Assembly (NCBI GenBank): GCA_937873795.1
Contig: CALMWE010000268.1
Coordinates: forward strand, 32-64,031
Source of the DNA: an uncultured Bacillales bacterium
GTDB taxonomy: Bacteria; Bacillota_I; Bacilli_A; RFN20; CAG-826
Direction of reading: 5' to 3'
Length of the DNA: 64,000 nucleotides
Below are positions 18,502 through 29,589 of this stretch, in pieces; position 1 is the first letter of the stretch, and each line of letters opens with the position of its first letter. The position numbers and the translations under genes are program-made. Under the pieces are notes generated by a model that worked only from the letters and a program-made list of their open reading frames with translations, was not told the origin of the DNA and did not search any database.

Positions 18502-20084
18502 TACAAGTACTCAATATCCGCCAGGATTTGGACGAACCGCTTGAAGCGGCCAAAACCCGTGTTTTCAAAAAATTACATATTACCGAAAAGGACGTCACTT
18601 TTATCCATTTGGCGAAGAAATCCATCGACGCCCGCGATAAAAAAGACATTTTCTTTTTGTGCCATTTTTTCGTAAAAACCACCTTTGATGAAAAACGTTT
18701 TTCTTCGCTTCCCAATGTGCAATTCATTGAAGATGATTTCTTAACCAAAATGCTGCCATCCGGCCACCTCCATATCCCTCGCCCCGTTGTCGTCGGAGCG
18801 GGTCCTGCCGGACTGTTCGCCGCCTATGCTTTGGCCAAGATGGGAACCAAACCGATTTTAATCGAACGGGGACAATCCATCGAAAAACGCGAAGAAGCTT
18901 TAACCCGCTTTTATCAAACCGGCGAACTGAATCCCGAAAGCAACATTCAATACGGCGAAGGTGGCGCTGGCACCTACAGCGATGGCAAGTTAACGACCGG
19001 AACCGGTAACGAAATCATTCCTGTTTTAATCAACGAATTCGTCGCCCACGGAGCCCCCGAAGAAATCAAATATAACAACAAACCGCACCTTGGCACCGAT
19101 AACCTCAAAGACATCGTCAAGAACATCCGGGAACACATCCTTGCTCTCGGCGGTGAGGTCTTTTTTGAAACTAAGCTGGTTGATTTCCATCTCAAAGATC
19201 AAACCCTTAAAGGCGTGGTAGTGGACCATCACGGTGAACAACGCGTCATTCCTTGCCAAGACGTCATTTTGGCTCTCGGCCACTGTGCCCGAGATACCTT
19301 TGAAATGTTATTGAAACGTCAGCTGACCATCGAACAAAAACCCTTTTCGATGGGAGTTCGGATTGAGCATTTGCAAAGCAAAATCAATGAAGCCCAATAC
19401 GGTCCTTCCGCCCATCATCCCGCTTTACGAAGCGCGGATTATAAACTTGCGGTCCATCTTCCCAATGGTCGAGGGGTCTATACGTTCTGTATGTGTCCCG
19501 GAGGCGAAGTCGTCGCCGCGACCAGCGATGTCGGAGGGGTTGTCACCAATGGCATGTCCTATTTCTCGCGCTCGGGAAAATTTGCCAACAGCGGCCTTTT
19601 GGTGAACGTAGAAACGTCCGATTTCCCGAGTACCCATCCGTTGGCAGGCTTTGATCTCCAACGCACCTATGAACAAAAAACTTATCAACTTTCCAAAGGT
19701 TACGGTCCTGTGGTCCAAACCGTCGGTGACTTTATGGCGAATCGCCCCACGACCCGTCTTGTCCGTGAGAGTACATGCGCCATGGCGGTGACGCCCGGAG
19801 AAGTCCATGCGTGTCTTCCGCCCTTTGTCACGTCATCACTCAAAGAAGCGTTACCGATGTTAGGCCGAAAACTCAAAGGCTTTGATGATCCGGATACGCT
19901 TTTATATGCGATTGAATCGCGTTCTTCCTGCCCCATTCGCCTGACCCGCGAACTGGATTTCCAAGCGATTGGTTTCCAGGGCATCTATCCTTGCGGAGAA
20001 GGTTCGGGATATGCCGGTGGCATCACGACTTCGGCGGTGGACGGCATTCGCGCCGCTCGCGCTTTAATGGCCAAATACCTCTAG
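18498..20084 (+). CDS. uncharacterised FAD-dependent dehydrogenase (COG2509-like)
   Basis: 528 aa. VVGAGPAGLFAA, YTFCMCPGG and YPCGEGSGYAGGI motifs are present. The start overlaps the upstream stop (ATGA). Confidence 0.7.
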   Translation: MIQVLNIRQDLDEPLEAAKTRVFKKLHITEKDVTFIHLAKKSIDARDKKDIFFLCHFFVKTTFDEKRFSSLPNVQFIEDDFLTKMLPSGHLHIPRPVVVGAGPAGLFAAYALAKMGTKPILIERGQSIEKREEALTRFYQTGELNPESNIQYGEGGAGTYSDGKLTTGTGNEIIPVLINEFVAHGAPEEIKYNNKPHLGTDNLKDIVKNIREHILALGGEVFFETKLVDFHLKDQTLKGVVVDHHGEQRVIPCQDVILALGHCARDTFEMLLKRQLTIEQKPFSMGVRIEHLQSKINEAQYGPSAHHPALRSADYKLAVHLPNGRGVYTFCMCPGGEVVAATSDVGGVVTNGMSYFSRSGKFANSGLLVNVETSDFPSTHPLAGFDLQRTYEQKTYQLSKGYGPVVQTVGDFMANRPTTRLVRESTCAMAVTPGEVHACLPPFVTSSLKEALPMLGRKLKGFDDPDTLLYAIESRSSCPIRLTRELDFQAIGFQGIYPCGEGSGYAGGITTSAVDGIRAARALMAKYL

Positions 20085-20085
20085 C

Positions 20086-20115
20086 AAAAAGGTGCCAAAA
20101 GGCATCTTTTATTTT
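20086..20115 (+). terminator. rho-independent terminator
   Basis: AGGTGCC-AAAA-GGCATCT stem followed by a T-rich run. Confidence 0.65.
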
Positions 20116-20240
20116 TCTCAGTGGATGGAATGCCATTTATTTATGGAAAGTTCGGATATTTCATTCCAAGCCGGTCCGTTGCAATGCTATAATCATAATA
20201 TGATTCGTTAGGGATTGCCCCAAAACGTCTTCGTGTTCGA

Positions 20241-21032
20241 ATGAAAGAGGAAAACATGGAAGAAAGTATCGCCGCACCCGCAGAAACCGTCGGCAAATCG
20301 CATAAAAAAGTATTAGTCATCTTGACAATAATCACCACGATCCTCAGCTGGGCCATCGGGTTTTTATTCGTGGGTGATTCGGTCTTCGGTTTCATGGATC
20401 CCTTTAAGGAATTTATTGCCGGACTCGGTTCATGGTCATGGATCGTGTTCTCGATTTTGTTTGTCGCCATTACCAGTTTATTATTCTTTGTCGGTGGTAT
20501 CGGAAGTTCCTTCATCCAATTGTCGGTTCTTCTGTTTTCTCCCACATGGAAAGCGTTTATCCTTTCAACCGTCTGCATTTTTATGGCGTCGCTGGCCCAA
20601 TATTGGATCGGCCGTCGCATCGGTGTCAAACCTTTTAAATGGGTGATCGGCGAAAAAGATTACGAAAAAGCCGTGAAGGTCACCGGATCTCCGACCATCA
20701 TCGGATTAGCGTTACTTCTTCCGTACTTCCCCGACAGCTTGGTCTGCTTCTTGGCGGGCGCAAGCAAGAATAAGTTCTCTTCCTTCTGGATTATTGCCCT
20801 CATTATGAGAACGGTGGGGGTTGCCGGCATTTGCTTCGTCAGCTCATCCGTTTTGAGCTTATCGACATGGCAATTGGCCATCACCAATATCGGTTTGGTT
20901 CCGACCCTATGCATTATGTTCAGTGCAGCGGTCAGTTTTATCTTAGTCATTGTCTCATTATTTTTTGCCGGCCGTTGGCTGGAAAAGAAGACCGCCGAAC
21001 ATCACCGCAAACACGAAAACACCGAACAATAA
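20241..21032 (+). CDS. TVP38/TMEM64 (DedA-related, VTT domain) membrane protein
   Basis: Polytopic. The PYFPDSLVCFLAGASK region is typical of the VTT domain. The start may be the ATG at 20256, after GAAAGAGGAAAA. Confidence 0.7.
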   Translation: MKEENMEESIAAPAETVGKSHKKVLVILTIITTILSWAIGFLFVGDSVFGFMDPFKEFIAGLGSWSWIVFSILFVAITSLLFFVGGIGSSFIQLSVLLFSPTWKAFILSTVCIFMASLAQYWIGRRIGVKPFKWVIGEKDYEKAVKVTGSPTIIGLALLLPYFPDSLVCFLAGASKNKFSSFWIIALIMRTVGVAGICFVSSSVLSLSTWQLAITNIGLVPTLCIMFSAAVSFILVIVSLFFAGRWLEKKTAEHHRKHENTEQ

Positions 21033-21205
21033 GCGCTTTTTCTGCCCATTCATTCGCTCACCACAATTTCGAATTTCATTGAAGAAAATCGGCCAAACTC
21101 CAGTCAATGAAAAAAATACCGTTCTTTTTGTTTTTCTTTAGTTTAAAATAAATACATAAAAACATCGCTTCCGTGCGTTCATATAGATGAAAGGTTTTAT
21201 CCTCA

Positions 21206-22456
21206 ATGTTTGAAAGAAACAAAAAGAAACCCATCGTGAGGTTTCGCCATCGCTTCTTTAATGGCATCTTAAGGACTTTCTTCGGTCCTATTTTTAGGCA
21301 TATGTATCGCTTTCATGGCAAATTGAACCGTCTACGGAAGAAGGGCCCCTTTTTGATTTTGGTCAACCATACGGTCAATCTAGACCCGATTCTCTTGGGC
21401 ACCGTCTTTAATTTCCCGATTTACTACGTCGCTTCGGATCAAATCCTCAACCAAGGCTTTACCAGTGCGCTTTTGAAATATTTCTTTGCCCCGATCGGCA
21501 AAACCAAATCGATGCCGGATATCGCCGTGATCACGACCATCAAACGCATCATCAACCAAGGCGGCAGCGTTGCCATTTTCGTCGAAGGCAATGTCACAAT
21601 GACCGGAGAGACGGCCACGATTCCGCCCGCCATCGGAAAATTAGTCAAATTGGTCAACCGGCCCGTTATTTTTTACACCAACCACGGCTTGAATTTCAAC
21701 GATCCGCGTTGGTCGGTTCACCGTAAACATGGCTATGCCACGGGTTCCATCAAACGCATCATGCAACCGGAAGAATACAAGGATGTTTCGGCTGAAGATC
21801 TTAACGACTTGGTTAAGGAAGAGCTTTATGTCAACGCGTATGAAAAAGACCCTAAGCTTGAATACAAAGGAAAGAAACGGGCCGAAGGGCTCCAACGTTT
21901 AGTGTTCGTTTGCCCGCACTGCCATCAACCCTTTGGCATGTCTTCCCACGATGACAAACTGCTTTGTTCCCATTGCGGTTTCATCGGCACCTATGACACA
22001 AAAGGTTACCTCCAAAGTGAATTAGGCCAACAAACGATGATCGAACTCAACCGCACGACGCTCAACGATTGGACACATTTCTTAAAACACAACCCCGACA
22101 CGGTTTTGAAGGATTCTGCTAAAATCTTCATTACCTATCGAAATGCCCGCAAACGCACCCGTAAGGGCAAGCAAACCTTCTCGGTAACCCCCTTAGGCGT
22201 CACGGTCACCCGCAACGAAGAAATCCAAAACTTCACCTACAATGACATCATGGGTTTTGCCATGCAGCAGAAGAATAAAATCATCGTCTATCTCCACGAC
22301 CAACTCACTATTTTTGTGAAGTTCAATAAATGCGTCAGCGCCTATCAATACTTGGTGACTCTGCAGCTCTACCAAAATCGCTATACAATCCAAAAAGGAG
22401 AAAAAACATATGACTATTTCAGCGTGGACGAGCCTTGTCAATATTTGGGACTATAA
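21206..22456 (+). CDS. lysophospholipid/glycerolipid acyltransferase family protein with C-terminal zinc-ribbon region
   Basis: HX4D motif (VNHTVNLD) and the FVEGN motif. Later CPHCHQ...CSHCGF. Confidence 0.7.
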   Translation: MFERNKKKPIVRFRHRFFNGILRTFFGPIFRHMYRFHGKLNRLRKKGPFLILVNHTVNLDPILLGTVFNFPIYYVASDQILNQGFTSALLKYFFAPIGKTKSMPDIAVITTIKRIINQGGSVAIFVEGNVTMTGETATIPPAIGKLVKLVNRPVIFYTNHGLNFNDPRWSVHRKHGYATGSIKRIMQPEEYKDVSAEDLNDLVKEELYVNAYEKDPKLEYKGKKRAEGLQRLVFVCPHCHQPFGMSSHDDKLLCSHCGFIGTYDTKGYLQSELGQQTMIELNRTTLNDWTHFLKHNPDTVLKDSAKIFITYRNARKRTRKGKQTFSVTPLGVTVTRNEEIQNFTYNDIMGFAMQQKNKIIVYLHDQLTIFVKFNKCVSAYQYLVTLQLYQNRYTIQKGEKTYDYFSVDEPCQYLGL

Positions 22457-23876
22457 CGTTTACTGGGCGAACATCGTACAGATTGCCATCGTTTGTGCCA
22501 TCTTGTTGGTGTCCAACGCCATCCGTCGAAAGGTCAAATTCATCCGCAACAGTCTGATGCCGACCGCCATCATCGGTGGCTTCCTCGGGTTAGGCATCAA
22601 GTACTTGCTCATGGGCATTGCCGATTGGACCAACATTCCCGAAATTGCCATTTTGACGAATGACTTCTTAGGTGTTATCACGTACCATGCCTTAGCCCTC
22701 GGTTTCATTGCCATCGGCTTAAAAGAAGTGGAAAAAAATAAGGAAACCGGTAAAGCCATCGGACGTCCGATCAAAAGCGGTCTCTTCATCGTTTGTAACT
22801 ACGTGCTCCAAGGTATCTTAGGCCTTGTCATTACCATTGGTCTTTCGTTCGTCTTCACCAAAGTTGCGCCTTACGCTGGAGTCCTCTTACCGATGGGGTA
22901 TGGTCAAGGACCTGGACAAGCGTTCAATATCGGCACGATTTTCCAAACTGCCGGATTTGAAGGCGGGCAATCCTATGGATTGATGATTGCCACGATGGGC
23001 TTTGTCAGCGCCAGCGTCGGCGGCGTCATCTACCTCAACGTGATGGCCAAAAAAGGAAAACTCAAACGGAAAAACAATGAAGGCATGAGTGAATCGCAAG
23101 AAGGCGGTTATGTCGAAGCTACCAACGAGATTCCTTTAGTCGAATCCGTGGATAAACTCACCATCCAAGTCGCCTTGGTCGGTGTGACCTATCTTCTTAC
23201 TTGGGTGATTTTGACAGCATTGACGCTTGCCATCGATAACAGTGGTGTTAACTTCCTCATCAATAGCGTCAAACCGCTGCTCTGGGGCTTCAACTTCATC
23301 TTCTCTATCGCTATGGCTAATCTTGTCAAATTTATCATCAAACGGCTCAAAAAGAGAAAACTGATGAACCGTACCTATACGAACAATTACATGCTCAACC
23401 GTGTTTCCGGCGTGGCCTTTGACTTCATGATCATCGCGTCCATCATGGCCATCGACGTCCAAGCCATTTCTAACTGGGGTTCAATCATTTCACTCATTAT
23501 CATTTGCGTCTTAGGCGCTGTGGTGACGATGTGGTACGACTCCTACGTTGCCAAACGCGTTTACAAAGGCTACGAGCAAGAAGCGTTCCTGGTGTTCTAC
23601 GGCACGATGACCGGAACCGCCTCGACCGGTATCGCCTTGCTCCGCGAAATCGATCCGGAATTCAAAACTCCGGCGGCCACCGAAATCGTCACCGGTTCCT
23701 CGACCGCCATCATGTTCGGGTTCCCGCTGTTTTTGATTACCGGCGTCATCTTCAACGGCTGGTGGTGGATCATCGGCTCGCTTGCCTTATTGATCGTGAT
23801 GTTCATCGTGTTCCATTTCTTCTTGTTGCACGAACCTAAAAACAAAACCGCTAAACCGGTCGCCCAAAAAGAATAA
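22410..23876 (+). CDS. gltS: sodium/glutamate symporter (GltS/ESS family)-like
   Basis: 488 aa, polytopic. The overall pattern (MPTAIIGGFLGL..., central charged loop, GTASTGIALLREIDPEF) resembles GltS. A strong AAAGGAG RBS precedes the ATG at 22410. Confidence 0.7.
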   Translation: MTISAWTSLVNIWDYNVYWANIVQIAIVCAILLVSNAIRRKVKFIRNSLMPTAIIGGFLGLGIKYLLMGIADWTNIPEIAILTNDFLGVITYHALALGFIAIGLKEVEKNKETGKAIGRPIKSGLFIVCNYVLQGILGLVITIGLSFVFTKVAPYAGVLLPMGYGQGPGQAFNIGTIFQTAGFEGGQSYGLMIATMGFVSASVGGVIYLNVMAKKGKLKRKNNEGMSESQEGGYVEATNEIPLVESVDKLTIQVALVGVTYLLTWVILTALTLAIDNSGVNFLINSVKPLLWGFNFIFSIAMANLVKFIIKRLKKRKLMNRTYTNNYMLNRVSGVAFDFMIIASIMAIDVQAISNWGSIISLIIICVLGAVVTMWYDSYVAKRVYKGYEQEAFLVFYGTMTGTASTGIALLREIDPEFKTPAATEIVTGSSTAIMFGFPLFLITGVIFNGWWWIIGSLALLIVMFIVFHFFLLHEPKNKTAKPVAQKE

Positions 23877-23885
23877 TGGACTCTC

Positions 23886-23917
23886 AAGCCAATTCCCTCG
23901 TGGAGTTGGCTTTTTTT
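23886..23917 (+). terminator. rho-independent terminator after gltS-like gene
   Basis: 11-bp stem AAGCCAATTCC / GGAGTTGGCTT followed by T7. Confidence 0.8.
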
Positions 23918-23980
23918 ATGCGTCCAAGTTGTCAAACTTGGGCTAAAAAGTGATAATTGGGAATGAAGAGGTACAACACT

Positions 23981-25675
23981 ATGAAAATCATTATCGTCGG
24001 AGGCGTTGCCGGAGGAGCCAGTGCCGCTGCTCGGTTACGTCGCTTAAAAGAAGATGCCACCATCGTCATGTATGAAAAAGGCCCGCATATCAGTTATGCC
24101 AACTGTGGACTTCCTTATTACGTCGGCGGAGAAATAACCGACCAAGAAGAATTACTGTTACAAACCCCAGAAGACTTCAAACAACGCTTCAACATCGACG
24201 CCCGCGTCAATCACGAAGTTTTGTCGATTGATAAAGCCAAAAAGGAAGTCACTGTCGTAAACCGGATCAGTGGCAAGACTTTTGTCGATACCTACGATAA
24301 ACTCATCCTTTCGCCCGGTGCCGAACCGGTTGTTCCTCCATTTGAAGGTTTACCTTCCCCGTTAGTTTTTACGTTAAGAACGGTTCCCGATACCATCAAA
24401 ATCCGTAAATTCATCGAACGTGAAAAACCCAAGACTGTGCTTATCGTCGGTGGGGGCTATATCGGCGTGGAAATGGCTGAGAACTTATCCCATGCCGGTC
24501 TACAAGTGACCGTAGCCGAACTCATGGACCACGTCATCATGCCGCTTGACTTCGACATGGCCGCTGAAGTCCACCAATACCTTCGTTCCAAAGACATAAG
24601 TCTGTTATTGAACCAAGGCGTTCAATCATTCCAAACCCAAGGCAAAAAAGTCAAAGTCAAAATTTCCGATATCTTCTATGAATTTGACATGGTTTTGCTT
24701 TCCGTCGGCGTCCGTCCCGATACCAAATTTGTCGCTTCCACCGGTTTGGCTTTAGGTCAACGCGGGGCGATTGCGGTGGACGAACACATGCTCACCAGCG
24801 ACCCGAATATTTACGCGGTCGGTGATGCCGTTACCGTGAAAAACTTCATGACCCAACAAGACGGCTACATTCCTTTAGCCGGACCTGCCAATAAACAAGG
24901 CCGTATCGCCGCGGATAACATCGCCGGCATTCCTTCCACCTACAAAGGCACCCAAGGAACCGCCATCTTACGTTTATTCGATATGGTGGTGGCGACCACC
25001 GGTCTCAACGAAGGCGCAGTTTCCAAATTAGGTTTACCTTACGAAAAAATCTACAATTTCGATGCCAACCAAGCGGGTTATTATCCCGGTGGCACGAATA
25101 TGACCATTAAACTGGTTTTTAACCCGAAAGACGGCAAAATGTATGGCGCCCAAATCGTCGGTTTTGCCGGCGTCGATAAACGCATCGATGTCTTATCAAC
25201 GGCCATCCGCTCCGGTTTAACGGTCCATGACTTGGTTGACCTTGAACTGGCTTATGCGCCTCCATTCTCCACAGCCAAAGATCCGGTCAATATGACAGGC
25301 TATATGGCGGAGAACGTCATCAATGGCACCATCAAACAATTCTATATCGAGAATATCTGCCAACTTCCCATCGACGGAAGCGTGACGTTCCTCGATGTCC
25401 GGACGCCCGCCGAATACAAACGTGGCCATTTAGAGACCGCTATCAATATTCCTGTTGATGAACTTCGCGACCATCTCTCGGAACTGGATAAAAACAAGAA
25501 AATCTACGTGAACTGCCAAAGCGGCTTCCGCAGCTATTTGGCCTGCCGTATTTTAACCGCCCATGGCTTCGATTGTGCCCACTTGGCCGGAGGTTATCGG
25601 CTGTACCGTGTCCTCGATAAAGAAGCCGAACATGAAGGCGGACTTCGTGGCCGTTGCGGGATGCCCGTAAAATAA
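23981..25675 (+). CDS. CoA-disulfide reductase-type flavoprotein fused to a C-terminal rhodanese domain
   Basis: The start MKIIIVGGVAGGASAA follows a GAAGAGG RBS. Active-site SYANCGLPYY and a second dinucleotide fold IVGGGYIGVE are present. The C-terminal rhodanese domain carries VNCQSGFRS. Confidence 0.85.
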   Translation: MKIIIVGGVAGGASAAARLRRLKEDATIVMYEKGPHISYANCGLPYYVGGEITDQEELLLQTPEDFKQRFNIDARVNHEVLSIDKAKKEVTVVNRISGKTFVDTYDKLILSPGAEPVVPPFEGLPSPLVFTLRTVPDTIKIRKFIEREKPKTVLIVGGGYIGVEMAENLSHAGLQVTVAELMDHVIMPLDFDMAAEVHQYLRSKDISLLLNQGVQSFQTQGKKVKVKISDIFYEFDMVLLSVGVRPDTKFVASTGLALGQRGAIAVDEHMLTSDPNIYAVGDAVTVKNFMTQQDGYIPLAGPANKQGRIAADNIAGIPSTYKGTQGTAILRLFDMVVATTGLNEGAVSKLGLPYEKIYNFDANQAGYYPGGTNMTIKLVFNPKDGKMYGAQIVGFAGVDKRIDVLSTAIRSGLTVHDLVDLELAYAPPFSTAKDPVNMTGYMAENVINGTIKQFYIENICQLPIDGSVTFLDVRTPAEYKRGHLETAINIPVDELRDHLSELDKNKKIYVNCQSGFRSYLACRILTAHGFDCAHLAGGYRLYRVLDKEAEHEGGLRGRCGMPVK

Positions 25676-25724
25676 CAGGCTTTATTTTTGTTCTAAACAT
25701 TTTTGAAACGAAAACCGACAAAAA

Positions 25725-25753
25725 TTGACAAAGTGTTGGTTAATGGTTATATT
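25725..25753 (+). promoter_or_regulatory. sigma-70-type promoter upstream of the GT4 gene
   Basis: TTGACA (25725-25730), a 17-nt spacer, then TATATT (25748-25753), about 40 nt upstream of the ATG. Confidence 0.6.
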
Positions 25754-25793
25754 GGACTGGGCTCGACTTTAGTCGGGCAAAGAGGTTTTTGAT

Positions 25794-26936
25794 ATGATTA
25801 TTACCATCATCTGCGATGTCCTTGGCGAGGAAAATAATGGGACGACCATTACCTCCAAACGGCTCATCGATAATTTAAAAGCCCGTGGTCATGAAGTCCG
25901 CGTGGTCTCACCCAGTCCCATTAAAGAAGCAGGGTACTATCAAGTCGGTACCTACAATTTTGGGGTCTTCAATAAATATGTGGCCAAGAACGGTGTCTCG
26001 TTAGCCAAAGCCAACAAGCCCACGATTCTCAAAGCCATCGAGGGTGCGGACATCGTCCACATCATGCTCCCGTTCTCATTAGGTCAAACCGCCATTAAAA
26101 TCTGCAAAGAACGCCATCTTCCGGTCACCGCCGGATTCCATACCCAAGCTGAAAACGTGACTGCCCACGTCGGTCTTAAAAACGCACGTTGGGCCAACAA
26201 TTTGGTCTACAAATACCTTCGTCACGTGCTCTATAAGAAAGTGGATGCGATCCATTGCCCGAGCCGGACCATCTCAGTCATCATTTCCAAACAGAATTTC
26301 CGCGTCAAGAAATACGTCATCAGCAATGGCGTCGATCCGATGTTTAAACACATTCCTACTCCGAAACCCGAGGGACTTGAAGACAAGTTTTTGATTTTGT
26401 TCGTCGGCCGTTTTGCCCATGAAAAACGCCACGACCTGCTCATCGATGCGGTGAAGTATTCCAAACACGAAAAAGATATTCAGCTCATCTTCTGCGGAGA
26501 AGGCCCCTTGGAAGAAAAAATCAAGGCTCGGGCCAAAGGATTGACCAACGCTCCGATCCTGGGTTTCCATCCCAAGCAAGAACTCGTCCCGATTCTCAAT
26601 TATTGCGATCTCTACGTGCATCCCAGCGATGCCGAAATCGAAGCCATCAGCTGCTTGGAAGCCATCACCTGCGGTCAAGTCCCGGTCATCTCGGATTCAC
26701 CCGCGTCGGCCACCAATTCGTTTGCCTTAGGACCTGAACATTTGTTCAACCACAGAGACCCCAAAGATTTAGCCAGAAAAATCGACTATTGGATCGAACA
26801 TCCCGAAGAGAAGAAGCAAGCCTCACAAAAGTATCTCGAATATTCCAAGCAATTTGCTATCGAGGGCAGTATCGACTTGATGGAAAAGATGTTCAAAGAT
26901 GCGATTGCGCTGCATAAGGAACCTTTGAAAAAATAG
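25794..26936 (+). CDS. GT4-family (GT-B) glycosyltransferase, possibly a glycolipid synthase
   Basis: 380 aa. The N-terminus (GEENNGTTITSKRLIDNLKARGHEV) and the C-terminal EAISCLEAITCG (E-x7-E region) are typical of GT4. The substrate is not inferable. Confidence 0.7.
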   Translation: MIITIICDVLGEENNGTTITSKRLIDNLKARGHEVRVVSPSPIKEAGYYQVGTYNFGVFNKYVAKNGVSLAKANKPTILKAIEGADIVHIMLPFSLGQTAIKICKERHLPVTAGFHTQAENVTAHVGLKNARWANNLVYKYLRHVLYKKVDAIHCPSRTISVIISKQNFRVKKYVISNGVDPMFKHIPTPKPEGLEDKFLILFVGRFAHEKRHDLLIDAVKYSKHEKDIQLIFCGEGPLEEKIKARAKGLTNAPILGFHPKQELVPILNYCDLYVHPSDAEIEAISCLEAITCGQVPVISDSPASATNSFALGPEHLFNHRDPKDLARKIDYWIEHPEEKKQASQKYLEYSKQFAIEGSIDLMEKMFKDAIALHKEPLKK

Positions 26937-26944
26937 CGATGAAC

Positions 26945-26978
26945 AAAAAAACACGCCCACTTGGACGTGTTTTTGTTT
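26945..26978. terminator. bidirectional terminator between convergent GT4 and hsp20 genes
   Basis: AAAACACGCC...GGACGTGTTTT hairpin flanked by A- and T-runs. Confidence 0.65.
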
Positions 26979-26981
26979 GCC

Positions 26982-27410
26982 CTATTCGATGGTGATGTAT
27001 TTCTTGTTCTTTTCTTCGGGTCTTTCTTTCGGGAAGGTGATGGTGAGAACGCCTTTTTCGTAAGCGGCTTTGATGGTGTCTTCTTTGACATCGCCCACAT
27101 AGTAGCTGCGGGTCATCGTGCCGGAGAGACGTTCGTGACGGATGTAGCGACCTTTCTTATCTTTCTCATCGGTCTCTTTTTCATGTTTGGCGGTCACGGT
27201 CAAGTAACCGTTGTCGAGGTTCAGGCTGAGATCGGATTTTTCGAATCCCGGCAAATCAATATCGAGGATGTAGTCGTTGTCGCTTTCTTTAATATCCGTT
27301 CTCATCAGGTGGGGCCGATTTTCATTTAAGAAAGGCCAATCGAACCAATCTTCCAAGAAATGTTCTTCGGGCAAACTGACTTCTGCTTTTTTTGTAGGAA
27401 ATAATACCAT
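26982..27410 (-). CDS. Hsp20/alpha-crystallin small heat-shock protein
   Basis: 142 aa. Has MRTDIKESDNDYILDIDLPGFEKSDLSL...GYLTVTAKHE...GVLTITFPK, the alpha-crystallin domain. Confidence 0.9.
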   Translation of the reverse strand: MVLFPTKKAEVSLPEEHFLEDWFDWPFLNENRPHLMRTDIKESDNDYILDIDLPGFEKSDLSLNLDNGYLTVTAKHEKETDEKDKKGRYIRHERLSGTMTRSYYVGDVKEDTIKAAYEKGVLTITFPKERPEEKNKKYITIE

Positions 27411-27425
27411 AATGTTTCACTCCTT

Positions 27426-27452
27426 TTAGCACTCCGTTATCTCGAGTGCCAA
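27426..27452. promoter_or_regulatory. CIRCE (HrcA operator) element 1
   Basis: TTAGCACTC-N9-GAGTGCCAA. One mismatch to the consensus TTAGCACTC-N9-GAGTGCTAA. It abuts the hsp20 RBS. Confidence 0.85.
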
Positions 27453-27456
27453 GATT

Positions 27457-27484
27457 ATTGTAGCATATAAATTGGCACTGTCAA
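27457..27484 (-). promoter_or_regulatory. hsp20 promoter (TTGACA -35, extended TGCTACAAT -10)
   Basis: On the minus strand: TTGACA (27484-27479), a 16-nt spacer, then TGC-TACAAT (27465-27457). The -35 lies inside CIRCE 2. Confidence 0.7.
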
Positions 27485-27498
27485 GCAATGAGTGCTAA
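27472..27498. promoter_or_regulatory. CIRCE (HrcA operator) element 2
   Basis: TTGGCACTG-N9-GAGTGCTAA. Two mismatches to the CIRCE consensus. It overlaps the -35 box. Confidence 0.75.
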
Positions 27499-27626
27499 AA
27501 AAATTATGACACGTGTTTTACCCCCCAAAAAAGCGCTTTACCAAAAGAATAAATTCTTTTATGCCCATTTTTGATTTATTAATTCTGGTTTTGTTATATG
27601 ATAATCCTGTAAAGATTAATCCATAA

Positions 27627-28934
<1,308 letters not shown>

Positions 28935-28950
28935 CGGAAAACAACAAAAG

Positions 28951-28980
28951 AAAATCGGCTCACGCGAGCCGATTTTTTTA
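28951..28980. terminator. bidirectional terminator between convergent eno and rdgB
   Basis: AAAATCGGCTC-ACGC-GAGCCGATTTT, a perfect 11-bp stem with flanking A/T runs. Confidence 0.85.
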
Positions 28981-29565
28981 TATCAATTTTTTGAGTTTCA
29001 GATAATCGATGACTTGAGAGGCTGCCTTCGAGCGGTGGCTGACTTTGTTTTTATCATCCTCGCTTGCAAGCCCGAAACTTTGATGCAGTTCAGAGCTCAC
29101 GAAGATCGGATCATAACCGAAGCCGTGACTGCCTTGAGGTTCGCTGTCGATGCTTCCTTGAGCGATGCCGGTGAAAACCAGCGGCCGAGGAGTCAGGTTA
29201 CAAAGCGCGATCACGCAGGTGAATTGGGCGCTTCGATCTTCATAAGGTTGCAACATGCGGATGATTTCTAAGTTCTTTTCAAAGTAGGAATGACCTTCCA
29301 TGAACCGTGCGGAATAAATCCCGGGGAAGTTTCCGAGCGCTTTGACTTCCAGCCCGGAGTCGTCCGCCATGACCGGTAAAGAGGTCAGCTGGGCAATAGC
29401 TTCGGCTTTAATCAAGGCATTTTCGGTAAAGGTCTTTCCGTTTTCGATCACGTCTTTTTTGATGCCCACATCGCTCATGCTCAGTAACTCAACCGAAGTT
29501 GAGGCAAACAAAGCGCGCATTTCGCTGAGCTTGTGGGGGTTGTTGGTAGCTAAAACGATTTTCAT
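28978..29565 (-). CDS. rdgB: non-canonical purine NTP pyrophosphatase (RdgB/HAM1 family)
   Basis: MKIVLATNNPHK start after GAGGAAA. Has the FGYDPIF and SHR motifs. Confidence 0.9.
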   Translation of the reverse strand: MKIVLATNNPHKLSEMRALFASTSVELLSMSDVGIKKDVIENGKTFTENALIKAEAIAQLTSLPVMADDSGLEVKALGNFPGIYSARFMEGHSYFEKNLEIIRMLQPYEDRSAQFTCVIALCNLTPRPLVFTGIAQGSIDSEPQGSHGFGYDPIFVSSELHQSFGLASEDDKNKVSHRSKAASQVIDYLKLKKLI

Positions 29566-29589
29566 AACGGTTTCCTCATTCACTACATT

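Noticed and set aside
20116-20240. 5' leader of the TVP38-family gene (after TGCTATAAT) as a riboswitch candidate
   Set aside because: It contains only a short imperfect ATTCG...CGAAT pairing. There is no match to any riboswitch consensus I know, and the leader is short.
22410-22456. 47-nt overlap between the acyltransferase gene and the gltS-like gene as a sign of frameshift or mis-called start
   Set aside because: The ATG at 22410 is preceded by a strong AAAGGAG RBS at proper spacing. There is no alternative ATG, GTG or TTG in frame before the first conserved TM helix. The acyltransferase frame is continuous to its stop. The overlap is probably genuine.
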